A DNA stretch of 64,000 bases from Octopus bimaculoides (taxonomy: Eukaryota): assembly GCF_001194135.2 (NCBI RefSeq), contig NC_068988.1, forward strand, positions 28,279,916 to 28,343,915, in the 5' to 3' direction. The notes under the pieces were generated by a model. That model was not told the DNA's origin, made no database searches, and saw nothing but the letters and a program-made list of their open reading frames with translations. This document shows, piece after piece, positions 40,121-53,450 of this stretch (position 1 is its first letter; each line of letters begins with the position of its first letter). Both the position numbers and the translations under genes were made by a program.

Positions 40121-40974
40121 GTAAAATAAAACATCATCAAATGCCTTTTCCAGGTGGAGCTGATAAGTTAGTCATGGCCTGGGCCAATTCTGGTTGAAAT
40201 TTGGTGCCACTTAAAAACCACCAGTGCTGGCACCACATAAAAAAGCACCAGTACTGGTGCCACATAAAAAGCACTGGTGCCATGTAAAAAGCACCCAGCA
40301 CACTCTGCAAAGTGGTAGGCATTAGGAAAGGCATCCAGCGGTAGAAACCATACCAAAACAGACAATGGAGCCTGATGTTGCTCCAAGCCTCACCAGTTCC
40401 TGTCAAACTGTTCAACCCATGCCAGCATGGAAAACAGACATTAAATATTGCTGCTGCTGCTACTGATGATGAAGATGATGATGATGATAAATGCACACAC
40501 ACACACACACACTTATAGCAAAACACTTTCACTAAATACATGCTTGGAGGTACAGGCAATAAGTATAAGCTACATTCTTTTACATGAAAAATGTAAAAAA
40601 AATGGTAACAATAAATATCTTGTCTTAAAGTTAAGCTCATCATTTAGTAGAAATTTTTTTAGCAGATAATCAATGACCTTAGTTTAACTATTGCAATCTT
40701 TCTAGCTTTCTAACTTTCCAGCACCTTTTTAGATAATGATGATGATGATGATGATGATAATAATTCTGACCTTTCAATTTGATGAACATTTCATCTATTT
40801 AGTCAATTTTGCAAGTCTAAAATACTTATCAAAATGAAAAATGAAAGACTTATTCATATTGAAAGTCTATTAATAGATCGGTATTTAATTAATTGCAGCA
40901 CAATCCCAGAAGTTGTTACTTATAATGTAAGGTCTACACTACAATTCAGTTTGGAGTTGATATATCTAAGGTGT

Positions 40975-41189
40975 TAGGTGATGAGCTGGCAGAGATGTTA
41001 GCACGCTGGGCGAAATGCTTAGCGGTATTTTGTCTGTCTTTACAGTCTGAGTTCAAATTCCGCCGAGGATGACTTTGCCTTTCATCCTTTCAGGGTCGAT
41101 AAATTAAGTACCAGTTGCGTACTGGGGTCGATCTAATTGACTGACCCCCTCCCCAAAAAATTTCGGGCCTTGGGCCTAGAGTAGAAAAG
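40975..41189 (+). mobile_element. SINE family B (Meta-domain-like centre), young copy with 16-bp TSD
   Basis: Head gagctggcaga...gagttcaaattcc, centre gcctttcatcctttcagggtcgataaa (recalled MetaSINE core). TSD gat(a/g)tatctaaggtgt at 40959-40974 and 41190-41205. Confidence 0.85.
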
Positions 41190-41204
41190 GATGTATCTAA
41201 GGTG

Positions 41205-41711
41205 TACCAGGTTGAGTCAAAAGTGTTCCTGAATTTTCAGTGATGACTTTTGGCAACTTGTATCTCCATGTTACATCATTAATTTGATATAATTTGTTGT
41301 CCATTTGATGCTGAATTGTTCATTCTTTATTTTCATAAAGAACATATAGACATTAATTATTTATTTTTCATATTAAAGCTTTGATAATAATTGGTGAAAA
41401 AATTGCAGTTTAGACCATTTCACACTACACATGGAAAAAAAGAATTGACTGTGAAGCCTGTGGAATAAGAAGTTCATGGTGTGGAAGGCCTTGTAACTGT
41501 CAAAGGATGTGTAGGGCACAAAACTGGTTCAGACATTTCAAGGAAGGTGGCACCATCCTTGAAAATAAACCAAGGATAGGGAGACCTGTTGTTTGAAATG
41601 GTTGAACAACTAAACACCAGCACTCATACGTTGTTGACAGTACTTGGTCTTTCACAAAGCACCATCAATCAATACCTCCATAAGCCTGGCCTTGTGACCA
41701 GATGCTGTTGA
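41205..41711 (+). mobile_element. Second, different mariner-like transposase fossil (5' part)
   Basis: AQNWFRHFKEGGTILENKPRIGRP / LFEMVEQLNTSTHTLLTVLGLSQSTINQYLHKPGL resembles the mariner WFxxF..GRP HTH; frameshifted and truncated at an RTE fragment. Confidence 0.7.
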
Positions 41712-42030
41712 TCAGCCTTCACCACTTTGTTCCATGTCCATACAGCAGTTTTGTTTTTCTTGCACACTAAACCTGATTCCTCTCATGCTCAGTTTTTCTC
41801 TCAGCACATTTGTACTATGTGATTCTTGCATACATACATTGCACATCCAACAGAGTAGGCTCACTTCATTTCTTTCCAGTCTTCTCAAGTCCTCTAAATT
41901 CAAGGCCCAAGTCTTACTACCTTGCAGCATCACAGTTCTAATCTGCACTTCACCGTAAGGGAAAAGACCTTCATTGCCAACAACAGTAGTAGTTCCATGA
42001 ATTTTCTCCAACTTGTTCTTACTCATATTA
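41712..42030 (-). mobile_element. RTE-clade LINE fragment (post-RT C-terminal region)
   Basis: VMLQGSKTWALNLEDLRRLERNEVSLLCWMCNV...NVLREKLSMRGIRFSVQE resembles the RTE C-terminal motif (GSETW...RRL...E..MLRWM). Confidence 0.8.
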
Positions 42031-43547
42031 TTATATTTTCAGAGCAACAAACACCCTTGTTAATTACACCTCCTAAATAACAAAAGCCAACAACAACTTC
42101 CAGTGAGCTACCCAGGTATTTTAAGAGAATTCATTTCTAGTGAAATTACAGCATGATGGCTCCAATGCACGTGTCACATATGAAGCTTACGTTCTCTGTT
42201 AGTCTACCTGTGACACCACTGTTAGGCTGCCTATGTGTCCATAGCTTACATTGGGTTCTGTATATGCAGTTTATAACCTACTCCTTTTCTGCATAACAAG
42301 CTAAGCCATTTTAAAATATATGATATATACATATATAATATAGTCTCTGACATAGTGGTATGATAATGAAAAACATGCTGGCATGGGTTAGATGGTTTGA
42401 CTGGGCTGGCATGCTGGAAGGCTGCACCAGGCTCCAGTCTGATTTGACATGGTTTTCTACAGCTGGATGCCCTTCCTAATGCCAACCACTCCGAGAGTGT
42501 AATGGGTGCTTTTACGTGCCACCGGCATGAATGCCATTTGCATGACACTGGTATCTGCCACGACTGCCATTTTGCTCGGCTTGATGGGTCTTCTTTTCAA
42601 GTACGGCATAATGCCAAAGGTCTTGGTCATTGCCTCTGTGAGGCCCAACACTCAAAAGGAACTCAGCCACTTTGCCTCCTGAGGCCCAACACTCAAAAGG
42701 AACTCAGCCACCTCGCCTCCATGAGGCCCAACATCCATCAGTGTTTGTCCCCCCCCCCACCACCACCACTTCTCAACTGGTGTTGGTTTGTTTATGTCCT
42801 CATAATCTAGCAGTGTGGCAAAAGAGACTGATAGAATAAGTAATAGACTTAAAGACAAGTACTGGGGCTGATTTGTCTGACTAAACCCCTTGAAGGTGGC
42901 ACCCCAGCATGGCCACAGTCTAATGACTGAAACAAGTAAAAGATAAAAGACAGATACATCAGCTCACACTTTCAAATGAACTTGCAAGAAATAACAGATA
43001 AGATTTATCTTAGATATTTGATCAATACAAGCTTTGGTGAAATGAAAGAAGCATGAGTCTTCATTTAATTATCAAAAGTTCTGAGAACTTCCATGACATC
43101 TAAAAGATTCTCTGTTCTTACAAAAGGTGAAGGAATGATTGTGCATCTGCTCTAAAATGGTAGAAAGCCAAGTCTGCAACATAGGTTCAATCTATATTTG
43201 ATCCATTTCAACTGATTTATGTCATTTATCAGCTAGTGGCCTAGTGGGTAGCTGTATTGCATTAATAACTGTGAGATCATGGGTTCAATTCCCAGACCAG
43301 CTACACATTGTGTTCTTGAGCAAGATACTTCATTTCACGCTGCTCCTGTCCACCCAGTTGTAAATGGGTACCCCTGCAATGAACTAACCTTCCAATCAGG
43401 GGGAATGTTGGCTTTCTCGCTTAACTAGAGGGGTGGCATCATTCAAAAGCTAAAACGATGCAAAGCGCACTGTGACCAGTAATGTATAACAATATTCAAT
43501 AGTCTGGTTGATCACGTGATTACCAGTTATTTCTAGGTGGTGCCCTT

Positions 43548-43585
43548 GTGGAGCCCATCCCTCTCTAGACAGGGATGGGCTCCAC
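43548..43585. repeat. Perfect 15-bp GC-rich hairpin
   Basis: gtggagcccatccct-ctctagac-agggatgggctccac. Confidence 0.9.
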
Positions 43586-43883
43586 TAAAATGATTTATTT
43601 TTAACCTACTTCAGGCAACTAAAGTTTTTATTATTGACTGAACAACCATGACTAATTATTGCATATTTTGCCTTTCACCAGAGGGTTAATGTGGTGCTTA
43701 ATAACTCCTCAGCTTTAAATGAGGAAAGAAATTGCCAAGAAATTAGATGTGGACTTTAGAATGATGTGATTTATACATATTCTTAATATCATTATGGCCC
43801 ATAAAATTATTGTTCATTGAACTGATATTATCTTGCTTTTAACATTATTCATATAACTGTTCTTAATCACCTTCATTATTGTC

Positions 43884-43961
<78 letters not shown>

Positions 43962-44661
43962 GTCATAAAGGCAAGGAGCTGGCAGAATCATTAGCATGCT
44001 GGGTAAAATGCTTAGCAACATTTGGTCTATCCTTATGTTCTGAGTTCTAACTCCACTGAGGTTGACTTTACCATTCATTCTTTCAGGGTCAATGAGACTA
44101 GCATTCTTTCAGGGTCGATGAGATTACCATATTTCAATGATAAGAATTCATAGAGTGGGACTGAAGGTATGAGGCTATTCCTGTCTGGAAATCAACCAAC
44201 AGACAGCAAAGAGGTGTGCACACTGTCAAAGTACTCTGTCAACACTGTGGTCAATGTAATTTTAATTTTAAATAGGGCAAGCTTCTTTTAGTTTCCAACT
44301 TCCAAATCCAATCTGGCCCATGGCTATAATAGAAGACACTTGTCTAAGGTGCTGCACAGTGGGACTGAACCCAAAACTAAGTGGTTGGGAAGCAAACACC
44401 TCAATCGCACAACCATGTCTGTACATGTGTGTGTATGTATGTCTTTGTATAGTATATCAGTACAGTGTTGTTGAGAAAACATACATCCTGTTAAAAAGGT
44501 TTTGCACCATAGGTGGAAACTGTTGGCTATGAAAAAGTAGTCTGGTCAGCTCATGGTTGTTTTGTTGGAGTTTGGTCGCAGTTTTGCAAATTGGATATAT
44601 CATAATTGGGCTGATTATTTCTTTGCATGGCAATATCTAAGTTGTTGGTAAAAGCTGTCTT

Positions 44662-44884
44662 AAAACCCTTTAGCATTTAAACCAGCCATATTCAGCCTAA
44701 ATATTCTATCTATTTTATGGTTAAACCAGTTAGATCTGGTCACAGACACCTACCCTACAATGTCATTCTAAAAATAATCACATCATTCAAATCTCAAAGC
44801 TATGAGATAAGCCATGATTAATTCAAACAATGTAAATAAATAAGCATTACACTTGACAGAGTAATCTGAATGCTAAAAGGTTAA
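44662..44884. mobile_element. piggyBac-type MITE, opposite orientation to the 52.9-kb copy
   Basis: aaccctttagcatttaaaccagcc...gtaatctgaatgctaaaagg|ttaa. Confidence 0.8.
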
Positions 44885-46099
44885 TGGCTTCATAGCTGGT
44901 CAGTCGTTGCCCTTATTAGGATGTCTGCTGTCCATATCTATTCTCTTTTTATGTCATAACTAGCCTGCTGAGCATCACTGCAATGTAAAATACTTTAGAG
45001 CTTGTCTGCAGTCCATTGTTGCTATATCTGCTGTTGATACCACTACTCCAATGACTGCCAGAAACGTTGTGACCACTGCTGGTACTCTCATTAGGTTGCA
45101 CACCCGACAACTATTGGTAACAATGCCTACCAGAAAGCTACTCATTAATGCTAGCAAAAGACCTGTGAATACAGCAGAGGCCTGAATGTTGATGATGTAG
45201 GCACAACTGGTGATCCCAATGCATTTGGTCAGATAAACCGGCTGCTATACTAGTTGATTAGTCTGAAAGATGCTGATGTAGGCATGTCTGTTGATACCAG
45301 CCTGTCTGATGTTGATAATTATTGACAAAAGACAAGCTACCAATCTAAGGATCATAAGGTACTGGCTACGATTAATTGATTCAAGGCAGAAAATGGGTGT
45401 GAAGTCACTGTAGACAGGATTTTTAATGAAGTTTTGAGTAAATGATTCAACTAAATTTCAGTTTATATTATTTGTTTTTCATAATTAAACACCTTAACGA
45501 CTGGGAATTACCTATTTTACATGTCTCTTTTTATTATAATAAAAAAAAATCTTGCTGAGGTCACTTTGCCATTCATCCTTTTGTGGTTGATAAAAATAAG
45601 ATACCAGTCAAATACTGGGTTGATTTAATCAACTTTCACCCCCACCTGTCTTAATAGTGCTGGTCAAATGTCAAATTTAGAAAGAATTATAATTAAAACT
45701 ATAATATCAATACTTCAAAAACAAAAGCAAACAAAAATAATTATACTGTGATAATTTTAAACCAAAATTGTATTTTTTATTTTTACTTCAATTTACATTA
45801 TCAACAGACAAATCCTAAAATAAACATCAAAATGAAAATGTCAGATATTCAGATATTTCTAAAGGAGTAAAATTATAGATGACAACAACAATAACAACAA
45901 CAAAATCAGGTCAAAGATTCCAAGAGTCTGAACCAAGTAAGTGTTCAAAGGTTAGTTTAAAGTAAAATATTGTCAGGAATAACTGAAACACGAAAGAATA
46001 TTTTTCTAAAATTCCCCAAGCCTAAACTTCTATTTCTTGAAAATCTCAGATTACAAAATGTAGTGTGGTGATCCCACACAACGTTCTTTTCCTCCTCAC

Positions 46100-46188
46100 C
46101 TTTCCGTTTAACCGTCTCAGGGAGGGTGCGGCCCTTCCCATATGGCAATGTAACTTGGATACAACATTCAAGAGGATTGAATTCACTG
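46100..46188 (-). CDS. Candidate coding exon SEFNPLECCIQVTLPYGKGRTLPETVKRK
   Basis: Donor AAG|gtgagg; NAGNAG acceptor tctctcTAG/CAG (exon start 46188 or 46185). Its phase-1 end joins the phase-1 start of the 38977 exon. Confidence 0.5.
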
Positions 46189-47047
46189 CTAGAGAGACTA
46201 AATGCTTAAAACTGTGCCAAGTTGCTTTTGACATGTCCTCTTATATTGCCCAGACTGTGCCCTGTAACATATTTCCTTTTGCTTTGAACTAAGAGGGTGG
46301 TGGTGGTGGTGGAGGTGGTGGGGTATGTAATGTTAGACAAGCAATGAGTTACACTCACTTCTGACAACAAACACGCTGCCGCCGCCACCATCACCACCAT
46401 CACCACTCCTAACTGTCGTTGTTGGTGTTAATTCTTTGGAAGGACTAAATAGCTACTATCCAAAATTTGTTTTCCTAAACTAAGCAGATAGATGAACAAA
46501 GAGAAAGTCGAAGAAAAAAGTATTACATAAAACAAAATTAAAAAAAAAATGAACAGGAAAAGAAAAAATTTCCTGGCACATTAGGCATTTCTGCATCAAT
46601 GCTTTATTCAAGTCAACTGGATTTAAGAGAAAACTATCCTCTGTGTGGATGTATATGTATATATCTGTGTGTGCGTGTGTGAGAAAGAGAGACAGACAGG
46701 AAGAAACTGTGAGTGTAAGAATGAGAAAGAGAAAGTGTGCGTGCGCGAGAGAGAGGGAGAAAGTGTGAGTGTAAGACATGTGTACTTATATATATATATA
46801 TATATGTATATATATNNNNNNNNNNNNNNNNNNNNNNNNNNNNNNNNNNNNNNNNNNNNNNNNNNNNNNNNNNNNNNNNNNNNNNNNNNNNNNNNNNNNN
46901 NNNNNNNNNNNNNNNNNNNNNNNNNNNNNNNNNNNNNNNNNNNNNNNNNNNNNNNNNNNNNNNNNNNNNNNNNNNNNNNNNNNNNNNNNNNNNNNNNNNN
47001 NNNNNNNNNNNNNNNNNNNNNNNNNNNNNNNNNNNNNNNNNNNNNNN

Positions 47048-47086
<39 letters not shown>

Positions 47087-47554
47087 CTGTGTGATTTTCA
47101 TGCTGTAGAGAATCTTTTAAATCCTCCACTGAAGTAGTGAAGTAAGTCAACTAATTTAGTTCAGACAAAAAGAAAACTTAACACAAAGCTAGAATAGCAT
47201 GAAATGAAAACAGCTACTTAATCCTAAAATATTGGGACACTGCAAATTACCCTTGAAATATATATATATATATATATATATTTATTTATTTATTTATTCT
47301 GAAGTGTCCAAAATGTAAATATAGCTGAAAATTAATAAAATTTGAATAAAAATTTCAAATGAAAATGTTTTCTAAATTATTACATTTGAAATTTGATTTT
47401 ATTATTTAGTCCAAGCAGGAGAAAGGGGTGCCATAATATTTCCAGGCCTAGCTGGATGCAGATAACTGTTCAGTTTGAACTTGCAGAGGATGTTGGAGGG
47501 AAAACATAGACAGGAAGAAGGTCCCAGAGGGTTGCTGGGTTGGTTCCACTTGAG

Positions 47555-47782
47555 TTCAGTCATTGGACTGTGGCACTGCCTTGAAGGGTTTAGGTTGAGC
47601 AAACTGATTCCAGTAATTATTTTATCTAAAGTCTAGTACTTGTTCTATTGGCCTCTTTTGAGGAATCGCTAAGATACAGAGATGTAAACAAACCAACAGA
47701 GGCTGTCCAGTAATGAGGGAACAAGGAGAAAATACAAACACACACACACGTGTGTGTATGTGTGTATATGTATATACATACA

Positions 47783-47813
<31 letters not shown>

Positions 47814-47987
47814 GTATAACGCACTGGACTTCTATACAGTTTCCATCTACTAAATTCACTTACAAAGCATTAGTTAACCTGGGGCTATAGTAGAAGATAC
47901 TTGCCCAAGGCGCCACATAGTAGGATTGAACCTGAAAACCACGTGGTTGCATAGTGAGCTTCTTAACTACATAGTCAAGCCTGCACC
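47555..47987 (-). mobile_element. SINE family A
   Basis: Full tail, (CA)/(TACA)n centre, core and head. Confidence 0.8.
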
Positions 47988-48109
47988 CAGTTTAGAGTAG
48001 CTGAAGCAGTAACAGAGGAGAGATGGAGAAGGGATAGGAGGTGATTGGGGGTGATAGTTGCATGTTGGTTACATCTGTTAATGCAATGTGAGAATGTGCA
48101 TGCACGTGT

Positions 48110-48140
<31 letters not shown>

Positions 48141-48546
48141 AGCAGCTGCAATATCCTAAATATTTTAAAAGCAGTAAATAACATCACCAACAACAACAAC
48201 AGTAGCAGCTGCCACCACTACTGCCACCACCACTACTTCTGAGAAATTCTTATTTTCCAAAGATATTACTCAAACTATATTGGTTTTAGAAAAGCTAGCA
48301 TTATTGTTGCCCATCCAATGGATCACTCATCTCAATTTTCACCAATCATTGCACATCATCTGCCTTAGCTGCTTGTATCTTACTGCCTCACTTAAGAAGT
48401 TGGTCTATCTAACATTTGTCTAAATTTGATGAAAAGGTTTAAAGTCAGAGATAAGAAATATACATGTGATTTTTGCTTTATTTTCTCAAGATAAAATAAG
48501 GATCACAGACAGAAGAATGCGTTAATCAGATATTCTTAATAAGATT

Positions 48547-48759
48547 TTAACTGGCCATATCCAGCCCAAATATTTTTACCAGTTTTAAGTTCAAACTAGT
48601 CAAATCTGGCCCCTCACATCTACCCTACAATGTCATTCTAAATGTAAACAATCACATCGTTAAAATCTTGAAGCCATAAGATAATGCATGACTAATTCAA
48701 AGCAATGTGGATAAATAAGCATTATATTTGACAGAATAATCTGAATGCTAAAGGGTTAA
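48547..48759. mobile_element. piggyBac-type MITE, 5'-clipped
   Basis: Same interior; right end aatgctaaaggg|ttaa. Further partial copies at about 4093-4305, 18888-19033, 23183-23220 and 39734-39950. Confidence 0.75.
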
Positions 48760-50509
48760 GCTCCTTTTCTTTATGCAGTGTATAGAGAAACATCGAGTGT
48801 TTGGACCAGCTTATAAGCAGTTGAAGAGTTAGAGGGAATTTGAAGCCAAGACAAATTTTAATATAATAAAGAGCAAATTATAAACAAGTTGTAGAGACAC
48901 AAAAGTGTGATAACATAAAGGGAATGGCCTGCTCATTATGCAGGAAAGGAGAATGCAGGAAGTCAGCTGTTGTGTACTGTATGTAAACAATAGAAAATTG
49001 CTGAAAATTATGGCACAGCAAACTACATCCAACCCATGCAAGCATGGAAAAGTGGATGTTAAAATGAAATGATTTTACCCTATATAACACTGGATTGATA
49101 GAAAATGGGTTGAGTATGGTTTACTGGATGTGTATGTTAAACTTAATGAGAAAGAGTGAATTGAGAAAACAACTGGGCATTACTGGCTGTGTTGACTGAG
49201 GCACCGTTTTGGACACATAACAAAAAAATGAATGAAGTATGCAGGATACAAAGGTTCTATATATAAACTGACAGCAGGAGTTATTCATTGAAAGGGCAAA
49301 AAAAACCCCCCAAAAAACTCAGGGGAAACAGTTCAGGTTTGAAAAGTTGAGTTTCAATGACAAGATGTCGTATAATTAATATTCATAGAATGACATGGTC
49401 TAACACATAATACATATGATTTTCTAGATCCCAGATAAGATCTTCTCCAAGTCATATAGAATCAGGGGGTCGGTTTCCTGGTTTCTGTGGCGTGTGTATT
49501 CTCCCTTGGACAAGGCACCGGATCATTGCAGGAGTGAATTGGAGCAACATGAAACGAAGCATTTTGCTCAACAGCACAATGCATCGCCAGGTCCAGGAGC
49601 TGTGAAACCACAATCATGAGTCCAAGACCCTAACCACTAAACCACATGTTTTTCTGAGTATTGTTGTCACAAATCCTAGGACCCATAAACTGATCACCTG
49701 GTTTCCATGATGTATAAGTGAAAATTCCCACTGAATGGAAATGCTTGTCTGCTGTAGGGTAACCCATTGACAGCTGAGTGAACTGGGGCAATGTAAAATA
49801 AAATGTTTTGCTCAAGAACCCAACAAACTACCTGGACTGGAAATTGAAACCATGGCCTTGTGATCATGAGTGTAACATCCTAACCACTTTGCCACATGCC
49901 TTCACTCTAACATGTAGTAAACATGGAAAATATGTTTGCTAAAATGATGACATCAATGATGGTGACAATGATGATATTGGTGAGGTATGGAATGTTCAGC
50001 TGTGATAATTAAAGAATGAAACAATTGAATGTTTTACAACAAATTAACTATTTCTTAGGAATTAGTATAATTTATAATAATTCTCTAAACCTAGAGCTAA
50101 TTGATTAGTTTGCAAAATGAAACAAGCAGTCATCATAAGATGACAGTGCTTGTCTTAACAGACATCAGATGTTTTATCTGAAGAAAAAATTCACTATTTC
50201 CAAGTATATACTAACAAAGAATGTGGTAAAAAAAATCATGAACATTTCCTGAAAGAATCAGCAGTTAATTACGAATTCAAAGCATTTTGAACAGTCAAAA
50301 CCATTACTGCCTGAATATATCAATGTCATTAGAGGAGAAAGAAAAAGTATTTTTATCTATTTATGCAACATTAGTTTTTATTCTTTTGTTTTGCCCCACA
50401 TATATAATGAGATACAACATTTACTATATATTTTCAGTAGATTTTCACGATTCTTGTAAATTACTACAGATTGAAAACATCTGAAAATTGAGTCAATTGC
50501 AAAGTTTAT

Positions 50510-50705
50510 AGGGAGCATCTAGGCATTGACTTGTTAGAAATAGCAGTCAAATTTCCTTCAAATCACATTGTCCCATCTAAAAAGGCCGACTGAATAATAT
50601 AATGCTAGACATACCAAAGATGGGTTTGTCATAGATGAAACGCTATTAATAAAAGCATTGCTTAATCGGGGATGACTTGATATTAAGCAACAACAACAAC
50701 AACTA
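50510..50705 (+). repeat. Unclassified interspersed repeat ending in (AAC)n
   Basis: Shared gttagaaatagcagtcaaat...aaatcaca motif also seen at about 6465-6560, 6630-6770, 11445-11620, 14300-14420 (reverse) and 24400-24500. Confidence 0.55.
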
Positions 50706-51038
50706 GATTTTTAAAAATAGGCTCTGGTACATATTTTCTTAGAAACTATACTTAAAAAAAAAAATATTTTGCTTATAGGCAAGAATTTATTAAAACTTGA
50801 ATTCAGTGGCCTTGTGGATAAAGACATATTTAGACAACATAGTATGTCCTGGGCAGGGTTCTTAGTAAAATTTCACAGGTGCAGGGAAGGCTACATGGTA
50901 AAGGAGCTCACTTTGCAACCACATAGTTTTGGGTTCAATCCCACTGTACAGCACCTTGGGAAAGTGACTTCCACTACAGTGCCAAGCTGACCAATGCCTT
51001 GTGAATCAATTTGGTAGACAATACTTGTACAGAAGCCC

Positions 51039-51083
<45 letters not shown>

Positions 51084-51170
51084 TCATTCACTCAAAACCC
51101 ACTCACTCTCTCACTCATTCTCTCTCACACACACATTCATTCACTCACTCACTCTCTTACTCACTCTCTC

Positions 51171-51210
<40 letters not shown>

Positions 51211-52737
51211 ACACACACACATACTCATTCATACTGATTCTTACACACAATTCTTCATTCGCAGTCACAGACAGACATTCTGTATTTCTATCTAGTTGTA
51301 TTAGGTTCTATTTTCCATTTCTAATCAACTAAATGACCTCACCAACTATCAATCTTTGCCTTTATTTCATGGAAATATAAAAGTTATAAGATTGTGACAA
51401 TATCTTTAACAAAAACAATAATAGTTTCGAATTTTGGCACAAGGCCAGCAATTCTGTCAGAGTTGAGGGAGTCCATTACATCGAAACCTCCCCCCCCCCC
51501 CGTGGAACTTATTTTATCCAGACCCCCAAAAAAATGAAAGCAAAGTCAACTTTGATGAAATTTGAACTCAGAATGTGAAGAGTCAGAACATACACTGCAA
51601 GGCATTTTGTCTGACATGCTAATGATTCTGCCAGCTTGATACCTTAATTATAATAATCGTTTCAAATATAGTCACAAGGCCAAACATTTTTTTGTGAAGG
51701 GATCTAGTTGATTACATTGACCCCCATTGCTCAACTGGTACTTATTTTATTGACCTCGAAAGAATGAAAGGCGAAGTCGACCTTGGTAGATTTTGAACTC
51801 AGAACGTAAAGACAGACTAAATGGTGTCAAGTACACTAATAATATGAATATATAAATAGATAATAATAATAATAATACTAAAACAAAGCTATATGAAGCA
51901 AGTTTAAAATTAGAACTTTCCTTCAGGGTCTTTGTGTACACATTGATAAAAAAGAAAACAAAAAAACCCCTTTTCTGGTCAGGGTATGTTTAATCTTATC
52001 AAATAAAACAAGGAAAGATCTTCTCCAAGTCATATAGAATCAGGGGGTCGGTTTCCTTCTAATAATAGAAGGAACAAAAAAAAAAANNNNNNNNNNNNNN
52101 NNNNNNNNNNNNNNNNNNNNNNNNNNNNNNNNNNNNNNNNNNNNNNNNNNNNNNNNNNNNNNNNNNNNNNNNNNNNNNNNNNNNNNNNNNNNNNNNNNNN
52201 NNNNNNNNNNNNNNNNNNNNNNNNNNNNNNNNNNNNNNNNNNNNNNNNNNNNNNNNNNNNNNNNNNNNNNNNNNNNNNNNNNNNNNNNNNNNNNNNNNNN
52301 NNNNNNNNNNNNNNNNNNNNNNNNNNNNNNNNNNNNNNNNNNNNNNNNNNNNNNNNNNNNNNNNNNNNNNNNNNNNNNNNNNNNNNNNNNNNNNNNNNNN
52401 NNNNNNNNNNNNNNNNNNNNNNNNNNNNNNNNNNNNNNNNNNNNNNNNNNNNNNNNNNNNNNNNNNNNNNNNNNNNNNNNNNNNNNNNNNNNNNNNNNNN
52501 NNNNNNNNNNNNNNNNNNNNNNNNNNNNNNNNNNNNNNNNNNNNNNNNNNNNNNNNNNNNNNNNNNNNNNNNNNNNNNNNNNNNNNNNNNNNNNNNNNNN
52601 NNNNNNNNNNNNNNNNNNNNNNNNNNNNNNNNNNNNNNNNNNNNNNNNNNNNNNNNNNNNNNNNNNNNNTGTGTGTGCATGTGGAAGAAAGACAGATAGT
52701 GAGAAAGATATTTAGGGAAAGGTATATGTGTGTGTGT

Positions 52738-52779
<42 letters not shown>

Positions 52780-52941
52780 CAGGGGGGAAAGAAAACTAAC
52801 GAGAAATAGAGAATATGTCTCAGACAGTAAAGGAATCATTCATCGCAAGTATCAGAGAGAGAGAGAGAGAGTGTTGTGTGTGTGTGTGTATGTGTGTGCA
52901 TGCATGTATATCATAATCAGTAATTACCCCTATCTGGTTAT

Positions 52942-53170
52942 TTAACCCTTTAGCATTCAGATTATTCTGTCAAATGTATGGCTTATTTATTCACATTGTT
53001 TTGAATTAGCCATCCGTTATCTTGTAGCCTTGAGATTTTGATGATGTGATTGTTTACGCTTAGAATGACATTGTAGGGTAAGTGTGAGAGATTGGATCTG
53101 GCTAATCTGAACATAGCACAAGTAGAATATTTGGGCCAGATAAGGCTGGTTTAAATGCTAAAAGGGTTAA
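52942..53170. mobile_element. piggyBac-type MITE, full-length copy
   Basis: TTAA|CCCTTTAGCATT...AATGCTAAAAGGG|TTAA: terminal inverted repeats with CCC/GGG ends and TTAA on both sides; about 220 bp, non-coding. Confidence 0.85.
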
Positions 53171-53450
53171 AGGAAATAGTGAAAAAATAAGTAAATGAAT
53201 AGGCGGATAAAAAATTTTTAAAGTCAAGTCTTTGAAAGTTTTACATAAGTTCAGTCAAGTTAGAACTGATAACCTCTTCCACTCAGATGTGGGACAGACG
53301 GGCACACACACACACACACACAAAGTCAAGTTTATTGCAAGACTAGAGATAAGTATGCAAACTTTAAGGAAACCAGGTCTTCTTGCAAAGATGGTAGTTT
53401 CCAAGTCAATCAGTTGACTGACTACACACAGCGGCGCTATGTTGACTTAC

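Noticed and set aside
40205-40295. Short repeated units resembling a CRISPR array
   Set aside because: Eukaryotic context, no unique spacers of regular length and no cas genes; it is the internal array of SINE family C.
43228-43300. tRNA-like A and B boxes (also in all SINE heads)
   Set aside because: No complete cloverleaf; they continue into SINE cores.
46206-46208. In-frame TAA between GHSLGNIRGHVKSNLAQF and AFSLSSSEF, which might be recoded to Trp by double A-to-I editing
   Set aside because: A good NAGNAG acceptor lies downstream of the stop and the upstream acceptor has no pyrimidine tract, so ordinary splicing explains it.
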